A stretch of 64,000 bases of DNA, from assembly GCF_004010195.1 (NCBI RefSeq), contig NC_057758.1, positions 1,108,983-1,172,982 on the forward strand, written 5' to 3'. The notes below the pieces were generated by a model. It saw nothing but the letters and a program-made list of their open reading frames with translations, made no database searches and was not told the origin of the DNA. Positions within the stretch are counted from its first letter, which is position 1; every line of letters starts with the position of its first letter. Positions 39,990 through 53,985 of this stretch are shown one piece after another. This DNA comes from Chiloscyllium plagiosum (Eukaryota). Both the position numbers and the translations under genes were made by a program.

Positions 39990-41365
39990 TAAAAATAGAA
40001 CGAAGACTCACTTCGAAATTATCCAGATTGACCTCCATCTGCCACTTCTTATGCCAGGTCAGCAATTTGGCAATGTTTTGTTACAGCCTGCAACAGCACT
40101 CGACACTATCTACGATACCACCAACCTTTGTATCATCGGCAAACTTACTAATTCGTCCTTCCACTTCTTCATCCGAGTAATTTATAAAAACCACAAAGAG
40201 CAGAGGCCGAAGAACAGTTACCTGCGGGATACCACTGGTCACCAATTTCCACTTGGAATACTTCCCATCCACTACCACTCGCTGTCTTCTTTTGGCGAGC
40301 CAATTCTGTATCCAGACAGCCAAACTTCCTTGTATCCCATATCTCCTCATTTTTGAATAAGCCCAACCGTATGGAACCTTCTCACATGCGTTACTGAAAT
40401 CCGAATGCACAATTTCCAATGCTCCTTCTCCGTCAACTTGCCTTGTGACATCTTAGAACATAGAACATAGAAGAATACAGCGCAGTACAGGCCCTTCGGC
40501 CCTCGATGTTGCGCCGATCCAAGCCCACCTAACCTACATTAGCCCACTATCCTCCATATGCCTATCCAATGCCCGCTTAAATGCCCATAATGAGGGAGAG
40601 TCCACCACTGCTACTGGCAGGGCATTCCATGAACTCACGACTCGCTGAGTAAAGAAACTATCCCTAACATCTGTCCTGTACCTACCCCCCTTAATTTAAA
40701 GCTATGCCCCCTTGTAAGAACTCAATAAGGCTTGTGAGGCATGAACTACCCCTCGCAAAGCCATGCTTACTATCTTTAATAAAACTATCTTTTTCCCAAT
40801 AGTCATAAATTCCATCCCTCAGGACCCTTTCCTTTACATTGCTTATCGCAGAAGTGCGACTGACTGGTCTGTAATTACCGGGGACTTTCGTATTCGCTTT
40901 CTTGGACAGAAAAATAACATCCGCCTTCCCTCGGTCATCTAGTACTACGCCCGTGGAGAGTGAGGATACAAAGATCATCGCCAGAAGTGCAACATTCTCA
41001 TTATTTGCTTTCCTTAGTACACTTGGTCCTGTCCTGGGGACATATCTGCCTTGTTGCTTCCAAAAAAATCCAACATATCGAGTTAATTAACATTAACCTG
41101 TTCAAGCCTATTAAACTGGTCCATGGTGGTCTCACTCTGTCGAGTGAATACTGAAGCAAAACAAAAACCTCATTTAACACCTGCCCTAACTTTTCAATCT
41201 CCAGGCGCAAGTTCTCTCCACTATCCTTGTTCAACCCTACCCTCTGTCTGGTCATTCTGTTATTCCCCATGTATGCTTAGAACGCCTTTGGGTTTTCCAT
41301 AACCCTTCCCCCCAAGTTTTTTTCGTTTCCCCTCCCAAATCTCCTCAGTCCATTTCTGAACTTTT
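39990..41365 (-). mobile_element. CR1 RT fragment with a nested young CR1 3' end (about 40453-40715)
   Basis: SKFADDTKVGG, PGNYRPVS, KHGFARGSSCLT. Confidence 0.88.
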
Positions 41366-41367
41366 CA

Positions 41368-42377
41368 TTTTAGGGTAATTCATTACTGTTTTCCTCTTTT
41401 TCAAGTTGCTTTATTTTTAGTTGAATTTTGGCCGTCTCTAAAAATTCTGGTGACGCTTCCAGCAAATGTAATTGCTGGATTATTGCTATAATTAACTCAC
41501 CTTTCCTCAGGGAAGAGGTCAGCTTCAACTCCAAATTGCCTGCTAATTCCAGCAGCTTGGCCTTAACCACTTTTTGCAAAACCCCCAAAGCCATTTTTTC
41601 CACACACAGAAACCTCTTGTTGATGAAAAGAGGCATTTTTATCCCAAAGACCATTTAAAGCAAATAAACTGAATACCAGGAACAGAACCTAACAATCGCA
41701 GCATTACAGTCTGACAAACCTAATCCGAAATTGGAATTATCGAAGATATCCCAACCTATTATAGGCCAAGCCAGAAACGCTGAAAACATTTCAAAAATGT
41801 AGCCCAGACTCTATGCATCATGCAGGTGTAACGAGGATATTCCAGGAGAGATGCAGTTGGACCAGCTATTTCGTTTAAAACAAAGCGGAATTTATTTACA
41901 AAATTACCAATCGAAACACAAACAATTGAGAACAGAATACAGAATAACGGAACCTATACGAAAACTCAGCAGAATGTCCCAAATTAATGATGGTGTTCCA
42001 AATACTTGCAAAAATCCCCATAAACAACGCTTAGCACTGCGAAAATCAAAATGAAACGTAGGGTCTAACATGAGTTAGGCCAGAGACAGAGCACCTTCTT
42101 GTTTAGAGTCCATCAGCTGTTTCAACTCTACTGTGCTAAAACAGAACAAAACTAGAGAAATGCTGAACTAAGAGAACTGGCCACTCACTTTTCTTTGTAC
42201 AAGTGTTGTGTTCATTTAAACTTAAAAGCCTTTTTGCCTCAGGCAGTATCTGTTAGCTAAAATCAAATTGTCCCGAAAACTCTTCAACATAGACGTTTTG
42301 CAGTCTGCATCTTTTCTTACTTCTTTGTAAAAGAAACTAAGGACAACATAACCTTGTTAAAGGGCAACATTGTCACA
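41368..42377 (-). mobile_element. Gypsy 5' LTR (41757-42377) plus gag N-terminus, related to 26300-34232
   Basis: LTR starts TGTGACA on the minus strand; the leader ATAATTCCAATTTCGG also occurs near 27550; gag LQKVVKAKLLELAGNLELKL...KGELI. Confidence 0.75.
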
Positions 42378-43065
42378 GCATTCAGGGCCAGAATACTTGT
42401 GATTAGTTAAGTCATACCGACCTCAAACTGTTAGCCATGTTCCTCTTTCCAAAATTGCTGTCCAGGCGGAGGTTCTCAAAAGAGGACACATGAGGAAACA
42501 TAAAGCAGGAAGGACGTTGCCAATGGACGATAGAGTTCAAAACCTGGCATGGCGGAGCGGGGTGCGAGGCGTCACAGTCTAAGATTATGATGTTGGATCG
42601 AGATGAAACGTGATCTCTATTTTTCTTTCCACCGATGTTGCCAGACCTGCTCTGTTTCTGCAAGGTTTGGTCTGAGGTTCTCTGAGTCAATGGCCGAAGA
42701 GGAACACACACTGAACCTCATCAAACATGTCATTGATAGCAATATGCCAACGCTTAATTGAAGATTGAAAATAGACTGACAGAAACAGAAATAAAAGTGT
42801 TAATGTTGTGCGGAAGCGGCACCACATTTGGTGCAGATAGTTCCTGCAGCCAATTAAACATCCCCAAAGCTAGAATAGATTTTGAGTGTTTATTATGTGG
42901 ACTGCATGGAGGCCAAGGTGATGAGGCTATGAGACACCTCTGGCTGAAAAACCTGATAAATGATTCAAATGTGTTTTGCATCATGTGGAGAACTTTATAA
43001 GGTGGGAATATTTGTCCAGCCTAATCCCTCCGTTCCTGGTTTCATTTTCTGCCATCAGTTACAAC

Positions 43066-43408
43066 TAGAACCATAGAATCTCTACGATGTGGAAACAGGT
43101 CATTCAGCACAGCAAGTCCACACCGACTCTCTGAAACATATCCCACATAGACCGTTTTCCCTATTACTCTACATTTACCCGTGACTAATGCATCTAACCT
43201 ACATATCCCTGAACATTATTAAAACTTTAGCATGGCCAATTCACCTCATCTGCACTTGGATTCTGGAAGGCAACTGGAGAACCCGGAGGAAACCCATGCA
43301 GACGCAGTCAGAATATATAAACTCCACAGACATTTGCACGAATCTTGAATCGAACCCTGAGTCTCAGGCGCTGTGAGGCAGCAATGCGAACAACTGAGCC
43401 ACTGTGCA
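43066..43408 (-). mobile_element. HE1-like SINE, diverged
   Basis: Similar to the other HE1 copies. Confidence 0.8.
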
Positions 43409-45059
43409 TTGTCAATGGGTAGAAATCCTGGAATCCCCTCCCTAAGGACATTGGAAGTCTGCCTACAAAATGTGGACTGCAGTGATTGAAGAACGTAAAT
43501 CACCAACATTTTCACAAGGGAGTAACTAGAAACGATCAATAAATTCGACAACCAGGGAATTAAAAATTGCAAAATGTCTGGGAAATAGATTCCAAACGGA
43601 AGTTTCAGTTGGATGCAAGAACTTTGAAGAAGTAAATGCAATCTAACATTAAGCTGAAGCATAATAAGGATTCAAGTCCCAGTAAATATTGTACTCAATA
43701 AGAACAGTTAACAAGATGTTTTTCTTCAACAGTGGGATAAGTGGTTCTGCAGAAGGATCACATGACACAAAACGTTAATCCTGATTTCTTTTCCCACATG
43801 CTGTCATGAAAGAAAACATTGTTGGAGAAACCCAACAAGTCTGGCAGCATCTATGAAGACAAACCACAGTCAACATTTGGTCTAATTAACCTTCTTCTGA
43901 ACTTAGCATACAACTAGCTCCTGTTATTCAAGGTTCAATGGCAGGCTCAATTCTTTATCTCGTCGACATTGTTGAGTTCATAGGACAGCACTGTACAATC
44001 GGCAGGCTTTCGGATGACATACGTTTTGTCAGAAGAATGAGAAGTACGTAAAACACAAATCAAATTTCTGAAAAGGCCAATGGCGATGGGGCCGTGGGGT
44101 AAAAGAAGTGTAAACGACGAATAACACTAGGAATTCCATCATGCAGAAAAAATTCCAAGGAGAAATTCTGCACGTTAAAGCTGTTTCTCAGGAGAGTGGT
44201 TTCAACTATTTATGCACACAATTTGAAAGGAAGAGGGACACTTCAAGGAGTCGTTACGAAATGGCAAAATTGGATCCATCACTTATTTTTATTTACTTGT
44301 GGAGTTGGGTAGTAGAGATAGCGCCAGACGTTTATTCAGTCTCTAGTTGACGTCGTGAGAAGGCTGTGGTGAACTGCCTACTTAAACTGCTACAATCGAT
44401 GCTATGTAAATCGATAAATTATGTTCAGCAGGGAAATCCCAGATTTTGAGTTCGTGACGCTGAAGGTATGACCAATATATTTTCAAATCAGAAGGGAGAC
44501 ATGCCAAATCAGGTGGTGCTCCAGTGCATCTGCTGACCTCGTCCTTCTAGGTGTAAATTGTTATGATGTTGGAAGGTGCTAGTTAAGGATTTTTGGTGAA
44601 TTTCTGCAATGGAACCTGTAGATGATGCACAGTGCTGTGATTTAGCATTGATGACGGAAAGAGTGAATGTCTATGTCTGAGTGACACAGTGCAAAAGTCA
44701 GAATATAAACCTTCAACTGTCAAAAGACGTAAGTTTGCCATATCTTGAAGGTTCAGGACAAAGATAATTAGGCAGAATGTGGAGCTGGTCTGGGCGATCT
44801 TTGGCCAAAAGGTAAACAGCAGTGATCGGATTGATAAAGATGTTGCTGATCTGTACATGGCCACTGTCCAGTAAAGGAGATTGGATAGCGGTCTTGGAAC
44901 TCACCTCGGTCGTAGACGGATTTAAATGTCAAGGGAGGGGTCGGGAAGTTGGGATGCAGGAACTAAACCACTGCTGCTGGTATTAATCTGTATCACAGAG
45001 CAGCCGTCCAGTTTGCCAAGTCTGTCAAAGTCAGTATGCAGTCAGTGCAAAAATCTAAC

Positions 45060-48000
45060 CTGTTTGAACTAAATAGCGGGGGGAGGGGACAAACTGGAAG
45101 TTTAAGAAGGAAATTGAAGGGAAAGATAGAACAAGGGAAGTCAAGAAAGACAACGGTATCAATGAAGCAGAAAACTCAAAAAGGGATCATGCCGTAAGGT
45201 TGAGTGAATTAGGGGATAATCGGAAGGGTGAGGGCAGTAACAAATTAAAAATACTATATATGAATGCACGAAGTTTTAGAAATAAGATGGATGAGCTTGA
45301 GGCTCTTTTGGAAATTGAGATCTAAGTTATTGTGGTGATAACTGAGACGTGGCTTCAACTAGACAGGGCCAGGGAAATGAATATTCAGGGCTATATGTGC
45401 TATCGTAATGACAGACTGACCGGAAGTGGGGTGGGGTGGCCCTGTTGATAAGGGATGATAATCAGTCCTTTGCGCGGGAGGACCTAGAATCAGGAGATGT
45501 AGAGTCAGCATGGATAGAGCAGAGAAATTCTAACGGTAGAAAGACCCCCTTGGGAGTTATCTAAAGGCCCCCAAACAGTAGTATGGATTTAGGGTGTAAC
45601 TTGAATAAGGAGCTGAAATTAGCCTGTCGCAAAGATGTTACTACAGTTGTTATGGGGCATTTCAACATGCCGGTAGACATGGAGAATCAGGATGGTATTG
45701 GACCTCAAAACAAACACTTTGTGGAGTGCCTCCGAGATGGTTTCTTAGAACAGCTGGTGCTGGAGCCTACCAGGGAGAAGGCAATTCTGGATCTGGTATT
45801 GTGCAACGAACCAGAATTGATCAGGGACCTCGAAGTGAAGGAGCCATTAGGAGGAGGTGACCATAATACAATAAGCTTTAATCTGCAATTTGAAAAGGAG
45901 AGGGTACAATCGGTAGTGACAATATTTCAGTTGAATAAAGGGAACTGTGGAGCAATGAGGGAGGAGCTGGCCAAAGTTCAATGGTGCAATACCTTATCAG
46001 GGATGACAATGGCAGGACAATAGCAGATATTTCTGGCCATAATGCAGAAGATGCAGGATCAGTTCATTCCAAAAACGAAGAAAGATCCTATGAGGAGACG
46101 GGGTGGCCGTGGCTGACGAGGGAAGTTAAGAATATAAAGTCAAAAGAGGAAATATAAAGTCAAAAGAGGAAAAGTATAACATAGCAAAGATGAGTGGGAA
46201 AACGGAGGACTCAGAAGCTTTTAAAGAACAACAGAGGATTACTAAGAAAGAAATACGCAGAGAAAAAATGAGGTACGAAGATAAACTGGTCAAAAATATA
46301 AAGCTTTTTTAGGTTTGTGAAAGAAAAAAATTGTTAAGACTAAAATTGGGCCCTTGAAGACAGAAACAGGGGAATATATTACGGGGAACAAAGAAATGGC
46401 AGAAGAGTTGAATTGGTACTTCAAATCTGTGTTCACCGGGGAAGACACAAACAATCTCCCTGAGGTAATAGTGGCTGAAGGACTTGAACTGAAGGGAATT
46501 TATATTTGCCAGAAATTGGTGTTGGAGAGACTGTTAGGTCTGAATGCTGATAAGTCCACGGGGCCTTATGGTCGACATCCCAGGGTACTGAAGGAGGTGG
46601 CTCTAGAAATCGTGGGTGCGTTGGTGATTAATTTCCAGAGTTCGATAGATTCGGGATCAGTTCCGGCGGATTGGAGGATGACTAATGATGCACCACTTTT
46701 TAAGAAAGATGGGAGAGAGAAAGCAGGAAATTATAGACCCGTTAGTCTGACCTCAGTGTTGGGAAAGATGCTGGAATCAATTATAAAGAATGAAATTACG
46801 ACACATCTGGATAGCAGTAACAGGATAGGTCAGAGTCAGCATGGATTTATAAAGGGGAAATCATGCTTGACTAATCTCCCGGAATATTTTGAGCATGTAT
46901 CTCTGAAGATGGACAAGGGAGATCCAGTGGATGTAGTGTATCTGGACTTTCAGAAAGCCTTTGATAAAGTCCCACATAGGAGGTTAGTGAGCAAAATTAG
47001 GGTGCATGGTATTGGGGGCAAAGTACTGACTTGGATTGAAAATTGGTTGGCTGACAGGAAACAAAAAGTAGTGATACACGGCTCCATTTCAGAATCGCAG
47101 GCGATGACCAGTGGGGTACCGCAGGGATCAGTGCTGGGACTGCAGCTTTTTACAATATATATTAATGATATAGAAGATGGTATTAATAGTAATATTAGCA
47201 AATTTGCTGATGATACAAAGCTGGGTGGCAGGGTGAAATGTGAGGAGGATGTTAGGAGATTACAGAGTGACCTGGACAGGTTAGGTGAGTGGATAGATGC
47301 ATGGCAGATGCAGTTTAATGTGGATAAATGTATGTTTATCCACTTTGGTGGCAAGAACAGGAAGGCAGATTACTACCTAAATGGAGTCAAGTTAGGTAAA
47401 GGGCAGTGCAAAGAGATCTGGGTGTTCTTGTACACCAGTCAATGAAGGCAAGCATGCAGGTACAGCAGGTAGTGAAGAAAGCTAATAGCATGCTGGTCTT
47501 CATAACAAGAGGGATTGAGTATAGAAGCAAAGTGGTTCTTCTGCAGCTGTACAGGGCCCTGGTGATACAGCACCTGGAATATTGTGTGCAGTTCTGGTCT
47601 CCAAATTTGAGGAAAGACATTCTGGCTATTGAGGGAGTGAAGCGTAGGTTCATGAGGTCAATTCTGGAATGGCGGGACTATCTTATGTTGAAAGATTGGA
47701 GTGACTGGGCTTGTATACGCTTGTGTTTAGAAGACTGAGAGGGGATCTGATTGAGACGTATAGGATTGGACACTGTGCAGGCAGGAAACATGTTTCGGCT
47801 GATGGGTGAGTCCTGAACGAGAGGACACAGCTTAAAAATAAGGGGTAGGCCATTTAGGACAGAGGTGAGGAGAAACGTCTTCACCCAGAGATGGTGGGTG
47901 TGTGGAATGTTCTGCCCCAGGAGGCAGTGGAGGCCCAGTCTCTGGATTCGTCAAAGAAAGAGTTGGATAGAGCTCTCAAGGATTATGGAATCAAGGGTTA

Positions 48001-48127
48001 TGGAGATAAAGCAGGAACAGGATACTTATTGAGGATGATCAGCTATGATCATAATGAATGGTGGTGCAGGCTCGAAGGGCAGAATGGCCTACTCCTGCAC
48101 CTATTGACTCTTGTCTATTGTCTATTG
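45060..48127 (+). mobile_element. Near-complete CR1/HER1-like ORF2 (endonuclease plus RT), disrupted
   Basis: ILYMNARSFRNK, ILDLVLCN, GGDHN; 363-aa ORF 46354-47445 with NYRPVSLTS, DFQKAFDKVPH, SGVPQGSVLG, SKFADDTK; stops and frameshifts elsewhere. Confidence 0.95.
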
Positions 48128-48196
48128 ATCGCTCCTCATTTGACACAATCCTCATCTCAGGTTTATGGACTAAATTCATTGGATAGAGAGACGTAC

Positions 48197-48378
48197 GAAA
48201 GACACCACCAGCACCATGGAAAGGACAGAAAACGTGCTGAGATATCAGAAATACATATTGCAATCAACAGCAGACTGTCATCCAATGGTGACTTCGAATG
48301 TTATTAATCAATTTTCGAAGTAAGTTTCCAGTTCATGTTTCTGCAATTCCAGTATGCTGTGCCCAGATTCCGTTCCAT
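48197..48378 (-). pseudogene. Second GPR139/142-like exon 1 (orphan, with stops)
   Basis: MERNLGTAYW...WMTVCC*LQYVFLISQHVFCPFHGAGGVF followed by GTACGT; aligns with 23378-23557 and its flanks. Confidence 0.75.
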
Positions 48379-49176
48379 TGTTCTAATACTCAAGCGTATC
48401 TTATTGTTATATGATCACTGCTCTCCCTCACTAAGACTCCCTTTTTATACCATGAGATCACACTTTGGAAGGTCGCCCTCATGAAAGGAGAGGACATCTC
48501 TTCAAAGACGCAACAAGGATCCCTGCAGACTGACATGAGTTGCAGTCTTCGAACAAACAGATTCAGTTGACATCTGTCAAACCAACAAGCCTGCTACCAG
48601 GAGCGGCAGGAAAACATAGAACATACTCTTTCGCCACAGAGACATCCAGAAAGAAGGATTTAAAAACAAAAACACACACACAAACAGCAGAGGAACTGTC
48701 AATAACCTTCCGGTTTTGTAATTCGAAGATTTCTTTTTTCATTTGAGCCAGAGGTGGTCTTGAAAACCGTGTATCTCTTTAACAGGTCACTCAACGTAAT
48801 GTCAGAGACAGTATGGGGAGGACGCATGGTTTTATTAATCTAATACAAACATGCTTTGTACAAATCATGCAGTTACAGACTAACACAGCACAGAAACAAG
48901 CCCTTCAGTCCATCATATGTATACTGACTCGCAAACACCAAATTACGCTGCTCCCTTTTCCCATTACTTGCTCCATTGCCAATTAGGGCTTAGGAGATGC
49001 TTCTGAAATATAAGGGTACGTGCCTCTACCACCGTCTCATGCAGCACGTTACATATTTTTACCAGTCTCTGGGTGAAAAGAAGATCTTACATCTTCGCGA
49101 AATCACGTGCTTCTCACTGTAAACTGATGCCCTCTGCATGTCTGCCAATGTTTGATAATGATGAAACTGTTACATA

Positions 49177-49868
49177 CAACATAGAACAATACAGCACAGA
49201 ACAGGCCCTTCGGCCCACGATGTTGTGCCGAACATTTGTCCTAGCTTAAGCGCCCATCCATGTACCTATCCAATTGCCACTTAAAGGTCACCAATGATTC
49301 TGACTCTGCCACTCCCACAGGCAGCGCATTCCATGCCCCCACCACTCTCTGGGTAAAGAACCTACCCCTGACTTCCCCCCATAACTTCCACCCTTCACCC
49401 TAAATTTATGTCCCCTTGTAACACTCTGTTTTACCCGGGGAAAAAGTCTCTGACTGCCTACTCTATCTATTCCCATGATCATCTGATAAACCTCTATCAA
49501 GTCACCCCTCGCCTTTCGCCGTTCCAATGAGAAAAGGCCTAGCATTCTCAACCTATCCTCGTACGACCTATTCTCCATTCCAGGCAACATCCTGGTAAAT
49601 CTCTTCTGCACCCTCTCCAAAGCTTCCACGTATTTCCGAAAGTGAGGCGACCAGAACTGCACACAGTACTTCAAATGTGGCCTTACCAAGGTCCTGTACA
49701 GCTGCAACATCACCTCACGACTCTTGAATTCAATCCCTCTGCGAATGAACGCTAATACACCATAGGCCTTCTTACAATCTCTATCCACCTGAGTGGCAAC
49801 TTTCAAAGAGCTATGAACATAGACCCCAAGATCCCTCTGATCCTCCACCTTACTAAGAACCCTACAGT
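49177..49868 (-). mobile_element. Young CR1 3' fragment
   Basis: LYRTLVRPHLKYCVQFWSP...LERVQKRFTRM...RGDLIEVY. Confidence 0.95.
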
Positions 49869-50721
49869 TACCTTTCAGAAGGTAATAGAGAGGATTGATG
49901 TGGGTATTGTGGTTCACATACGAAGGAATAAAATGCAGCAAAAAATGACCTGTGCTCGGAAAGTGCAGCAAAATGATGATCGCACCTCTGAGGAGACTGA
50001 CCTGCACAGTCCCCAGTGGATCCTCCTCGACAGAGGTAGGAACAGATTTCTGGGCAGCTGACGGGTTCCGACACAGAACAAGTTTTGAATACCCTAGTCA
50101 GGAACATGGGACTCCGGATGAAAAATATTTTAAAATCACCAACACGCACCGATTCGTTCCAGGGTCGGATGACTATGCATCCGAAATCTGTGGTGTATTA
50201 ATCAGTTCAGAGTAAAGTGTAAAAAAGAAGCTGATATGAAAATTAAACATACTGCACCGCATGTGAACAGAAAGTAGGCGATAAATAGGATTGATGAGAA
50301 AAAGAGGCAGACTTTACTTTCCACCCCCATCCCGTTCAAAAAAGGTTTCGATGTGGGTGCACCAAAGTTTTCATTTCAGGGAGGGAAGAACAAGGTGTGA
50401 TATATTCTTGTTTACAAAGTATTCAGGAAAGATAGCAATATTGATGATGGTAAATGCCGCAACTATTTGAGGGGGAGTTAAGAGAGGGAGGGAGATCGAG
50501 GAATAGGGGTATGTCCCATTCATAGACAGAAGCAATTGGGACCCTGCAGAGGCAGCAGACTATTGCGGGTCAATGGGAAACATTGTATCGTAAGTTTTCA
50601 GTTGGACAGAGAGAGCACAGGTCCAGCTAAAGCTCAAGAGGTTCAAAATGAAAAGAGTTGGAAGGAAGGTTCCCATCAAGCAAAACTGAACACACTGTGT
50701 ATTAGGCTCAACTGTAATAGA

Positions 50722-50861
50722 TGTTCTGAAACGTCGGTGAAACCCTTCTGATAATTAAACCAAACACCCAGAAAAGGTCACCTCGCCTCGTGATCTGTTA
50801 AAGTATGAGTGACAGAGAACTCCCAACTTCCAGTATTTAAAGAGAATAAAATGTATTCTTT
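50722..50861. mobile_element. LTR end related to the 213-1117 family
   Basis: TGTTCTGA...CTGATAATTAAACCAAACACCCAGA matches the start of 213-1117. Confidence 0.6.
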
Positions 50862-50879
50862 GACCCGGGTTCAATTTGT

Positions 50880-51167
50880 GGGTGGCACGGTGGCACAGTG
50901 GTTAGCACTGCTGCCTCACAGCGCCAGAGACCCGGGTTCAATTCCCGCCTCAGGCGACTGACTGTGTGGAGTTTGCACGTTCTCCCCGGGTGCTCCGGTT
51001 TCCTCTCACAGTCCAAAGATGTGCAGGTCAGGTGAATTGGCCATGCTAAATTGCCCGTAGTGTTAGGTAAGGGGTACATGTAGGGGTATGGGTGGGTTGC
51101 ACTTCGGCGGGTCGGTGTGGACTTGTTGGGCCGAAGGGCCTGTTTCCACACTGTAATGTAATCTAAT
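50880..51167 (+). mobile_element. Young HE1 SINE with a small internal deletion
   Basis: Near-identical to the reverse complement of 55941-56251. Confidence 0.92.
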
Positions 51168-51209
51168 AAACTCTAAAAGTGCACATTAAACAACATAACA
51201 CATTAAAGA

Positions 51210-53225
51210 TTAGTGTTCAGGAGAGTTATGTTCCCGTGAAAATGAGGAATACAAATGACAAAATTCGGGAACTATAGATGGCAACATCTGGGAGACTGTC
51301 TAAGAGGAAAAAAGATGCGTACATAAAGTCTAGGTCACTAAAGATAGACGAAGCTTTGAAAGAATATCGATAATGTAGGACCAATTAGAAACGAGGAATT
51401 AATCGGGCTAAAATGTGTCATGAGATATCCTTCGAAAAGAGGGTGAATGAAAATCCGAAAGCATTGTATTCATATATAAGGAGCAAGAGGGCAACTGCAG
51501 AAAGGGTTGGCCCATTCAAGGACAAAGAAGGAAAGGTATGCGAGGAGTCAGAGAAAATGGGTGGGATTCTGAATGAAATCACCGAGGACAGAGACATGGC
51601 GGATGTTGAATTTAGAGATAGATCTTTGATTACTGTAGGAGATGGCGACATAAGGAGGAAGGAAGCGTTGGGTATTCTAAAGGGCATTAAGGTTGACAAA
51701 CCTCAGGTCGGGATGGGATCTGTCCCAAGTCACTGAAGGAAGCGAGAAAGGAATTAGTTGGGGCTTTAACATATATCTTTGCAGCATCCTTGAACACGGG
51801 TAAGGTCCCAGAAGACTGGAGAAGTGCTAATGTTGTCGCCTTGTTTAAGAAGGAAGCAGTGATAATGCAGACAATTGCAGACTGTGAGCCTGACGTCAGT
51901 CTTAGATAAGCTGCTGGAGAAGATATTGAGGGATAGGATAGTTACCCATCTGAAAGAAAATGGGTTTGTCAGTGATATGCAACATGGTTTTGTGGAGGAA
52001 TGTCATGTCTTGCAAACCTAATAGAATTGCTTGAGGAGTTGACAAAGTTGATTGATGAGGGAAGGGATGTAGATGTCTTATACATGGACTTCAGTGATGT
52101 GTTTGATAAATTTTGCCATGATAGTCTGAAGGATATGGTGAAATCGCACGGGATCCAGGATGTTCTAGCTCAATGGATAGAGAATGGCTGGGGAACAGAA
52201 GACCGAGCGAAGACCTAACAGAAGGGAGTTTCTCAAAATGGAGACCTGTGACCAGTGATGTTCCACCGAGATCCGTGCTGGGACCACTGCTGTTTGTGGT
52301 ATACATAAAAGATTTGGAGGAAGGTGGAGGTTGTCGGCTTTGCAAGATTGCAGATTACAATAAGATTGGCGAATTAGCCGACAGTGAAGGAGGCTGTCAG
52401 GAAATACATCAGAATTCAGATGAACTGGAGAGTTTGGCAGAGAAATGGCGGATGGAATTCAATCTGGGCAAATGTGAGGTGATGCATTTTGTAAAATCCA
52501 ATTCAAGAACCAACTTTACAATAAATTGAAAAGTCATGGGGAAAATTGATATTACGAGAGATCTAAGTGTTCCAGTCCACTGTTCTCTCAAGGTGGCAAT
52601 GCGTTTCAGTAACGTGGTCAAGAAGGCATACGGCATGCTTTCCTTTATCGGTCGGAGTATTGAGAACAAGTGTTGACAGGTCACGTTACAGTGGTTTCAA
52701 ACTTTGATTCGACCACATTTTGACAACTGCTCGTCATGGATGTGGATGATTTGGAGAGGGTGCAAAGGATTTTCGCTAGGAGTGTACCTGATATGGAGGG
52801 CGCTAGCTATGATGAGAGGTTGAGTGGATTAGCATTATTTTCAGTAGAAATACGGACGTTAAGGGGGATCAGGTCGAGTTCTACAAAATCATGAGAGGTG
52901 TAGACAGGATAGATAACCAGAAGCTTTTTTTTTCCCAGAGTGGGGTACTCAATTCCTAGCGGTCAGGAGTTCAAAGTGAGGGGGAAAGTTGAAGGGAGAT
53001 ATGCATGGAAAGTTCTTCACTCAGAGGGTGGTCGGTGCCTGAAACATATTGCCAATGGAGGTGTTGGGGCGAGAATGATAGCGTCATTAATATGTGCCTA
53101 GACAGATGCAAGACTGGCAGGGAGCAAAAGGGTCTCGACACAAAGAAAATAGGTGGCAGGTTTAGATTGAGGATTTGGATGTGCGCAGACTTGGTGGCCG
53201 AAAAGCCTGTTCCTATGCTGTAATT
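51210..53225 (+). mobile_element. Decayed CR1 ORF2
   Basis: NPKALYSYIRSK, YMDFSDVFDK, SVLGPLLF, WRMEFNLGKCEVMHF. Confidence 0.9.
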
Positions 53226-53562
53226 TTCTTTGTCCACTGCCCAAATGTAAATTAAGCCCTTACCTTCCCGGCAGCTCACGTTTCACTCTACCTTCTCTTC
53301 TCGCCACTTTGTCAAAATGGAGGCCCGACTCCCGAGGTAAGTCCATTTTTAAGTGGGAAAACGTACCCTTCCCGGCAAAACTCGCTTCAGTCCACCTTCT
53401 CTCCTTGCCGCTCTGTCAAAGTGGTGGAGAAGAGTTCAATTGCCACATTTAAAAGGCATCTGGATGAACGGGAAGTGTTTCGAGTCACATGGAACAAATG
53501 CTGCAAAATGGGACTTGATTAGAGAATTTGGTTGGTGTGGATGCGTATGGACGAACGTACAA

Positions 53563-53985
53563 CACACACACACACGCACACACACACACGGACGCACAGA
53601 TGGACACAAGTACACACACACACACACACACACACAGACACAAATTATCTCATCCTATTCCTCCCACAGTCGTGCTTTTTCTGTCTTTGCAATTCTCTAT
53701 CTCATCCCTCCTATGTCTTTTCATTTATTTCTGTCTCTCCCTCCTTCAGCAACCCTCTCTCTCTTTTCTCTTTCCCTCTATATTTGAGTTACTCTGTATC
53801 TCATTTCTTCTCTTGCTGAAACTCTGTCCATCTTTCTTCTTCTCTCACTGCGTCTATCCCTCGACATTTGTTTTTCATTCTCTCTTGCATTCTGCTCTCG
53901 TTCACTATTTTTCTTACACCATTGCTCTCTCTCTATCTCTGTCTCTGCCTCTCCCTGTGTGAGTGTATCTCTCTCTCTTCCTCTT
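53563..53985. repeat. (CA)n microsatellite followed by a CT-rich low-complexity tract
   Basis: Seen directly in the sequence. Confidence 0.9.

Noticed and set aside
42370..42420. Minus-strand ILALNAVT as a remnant of a second GPCR exon 2
   Set aside because: Only eight residues, partly contributed by the LTR terminus, with no flanking GPCR motifs.
46354..47445. 363-aa ORF as an active or domesticated reverse transcriptase
   Set aside because: It is a fragment of a CR1 ORF2 with stops and frameshifts on both sides.
53262..53424. About 105-bp direct repeat
   Set aside because: Only two diverged copies between CR1 fragments; probably a LINE untranslated-region repeat.
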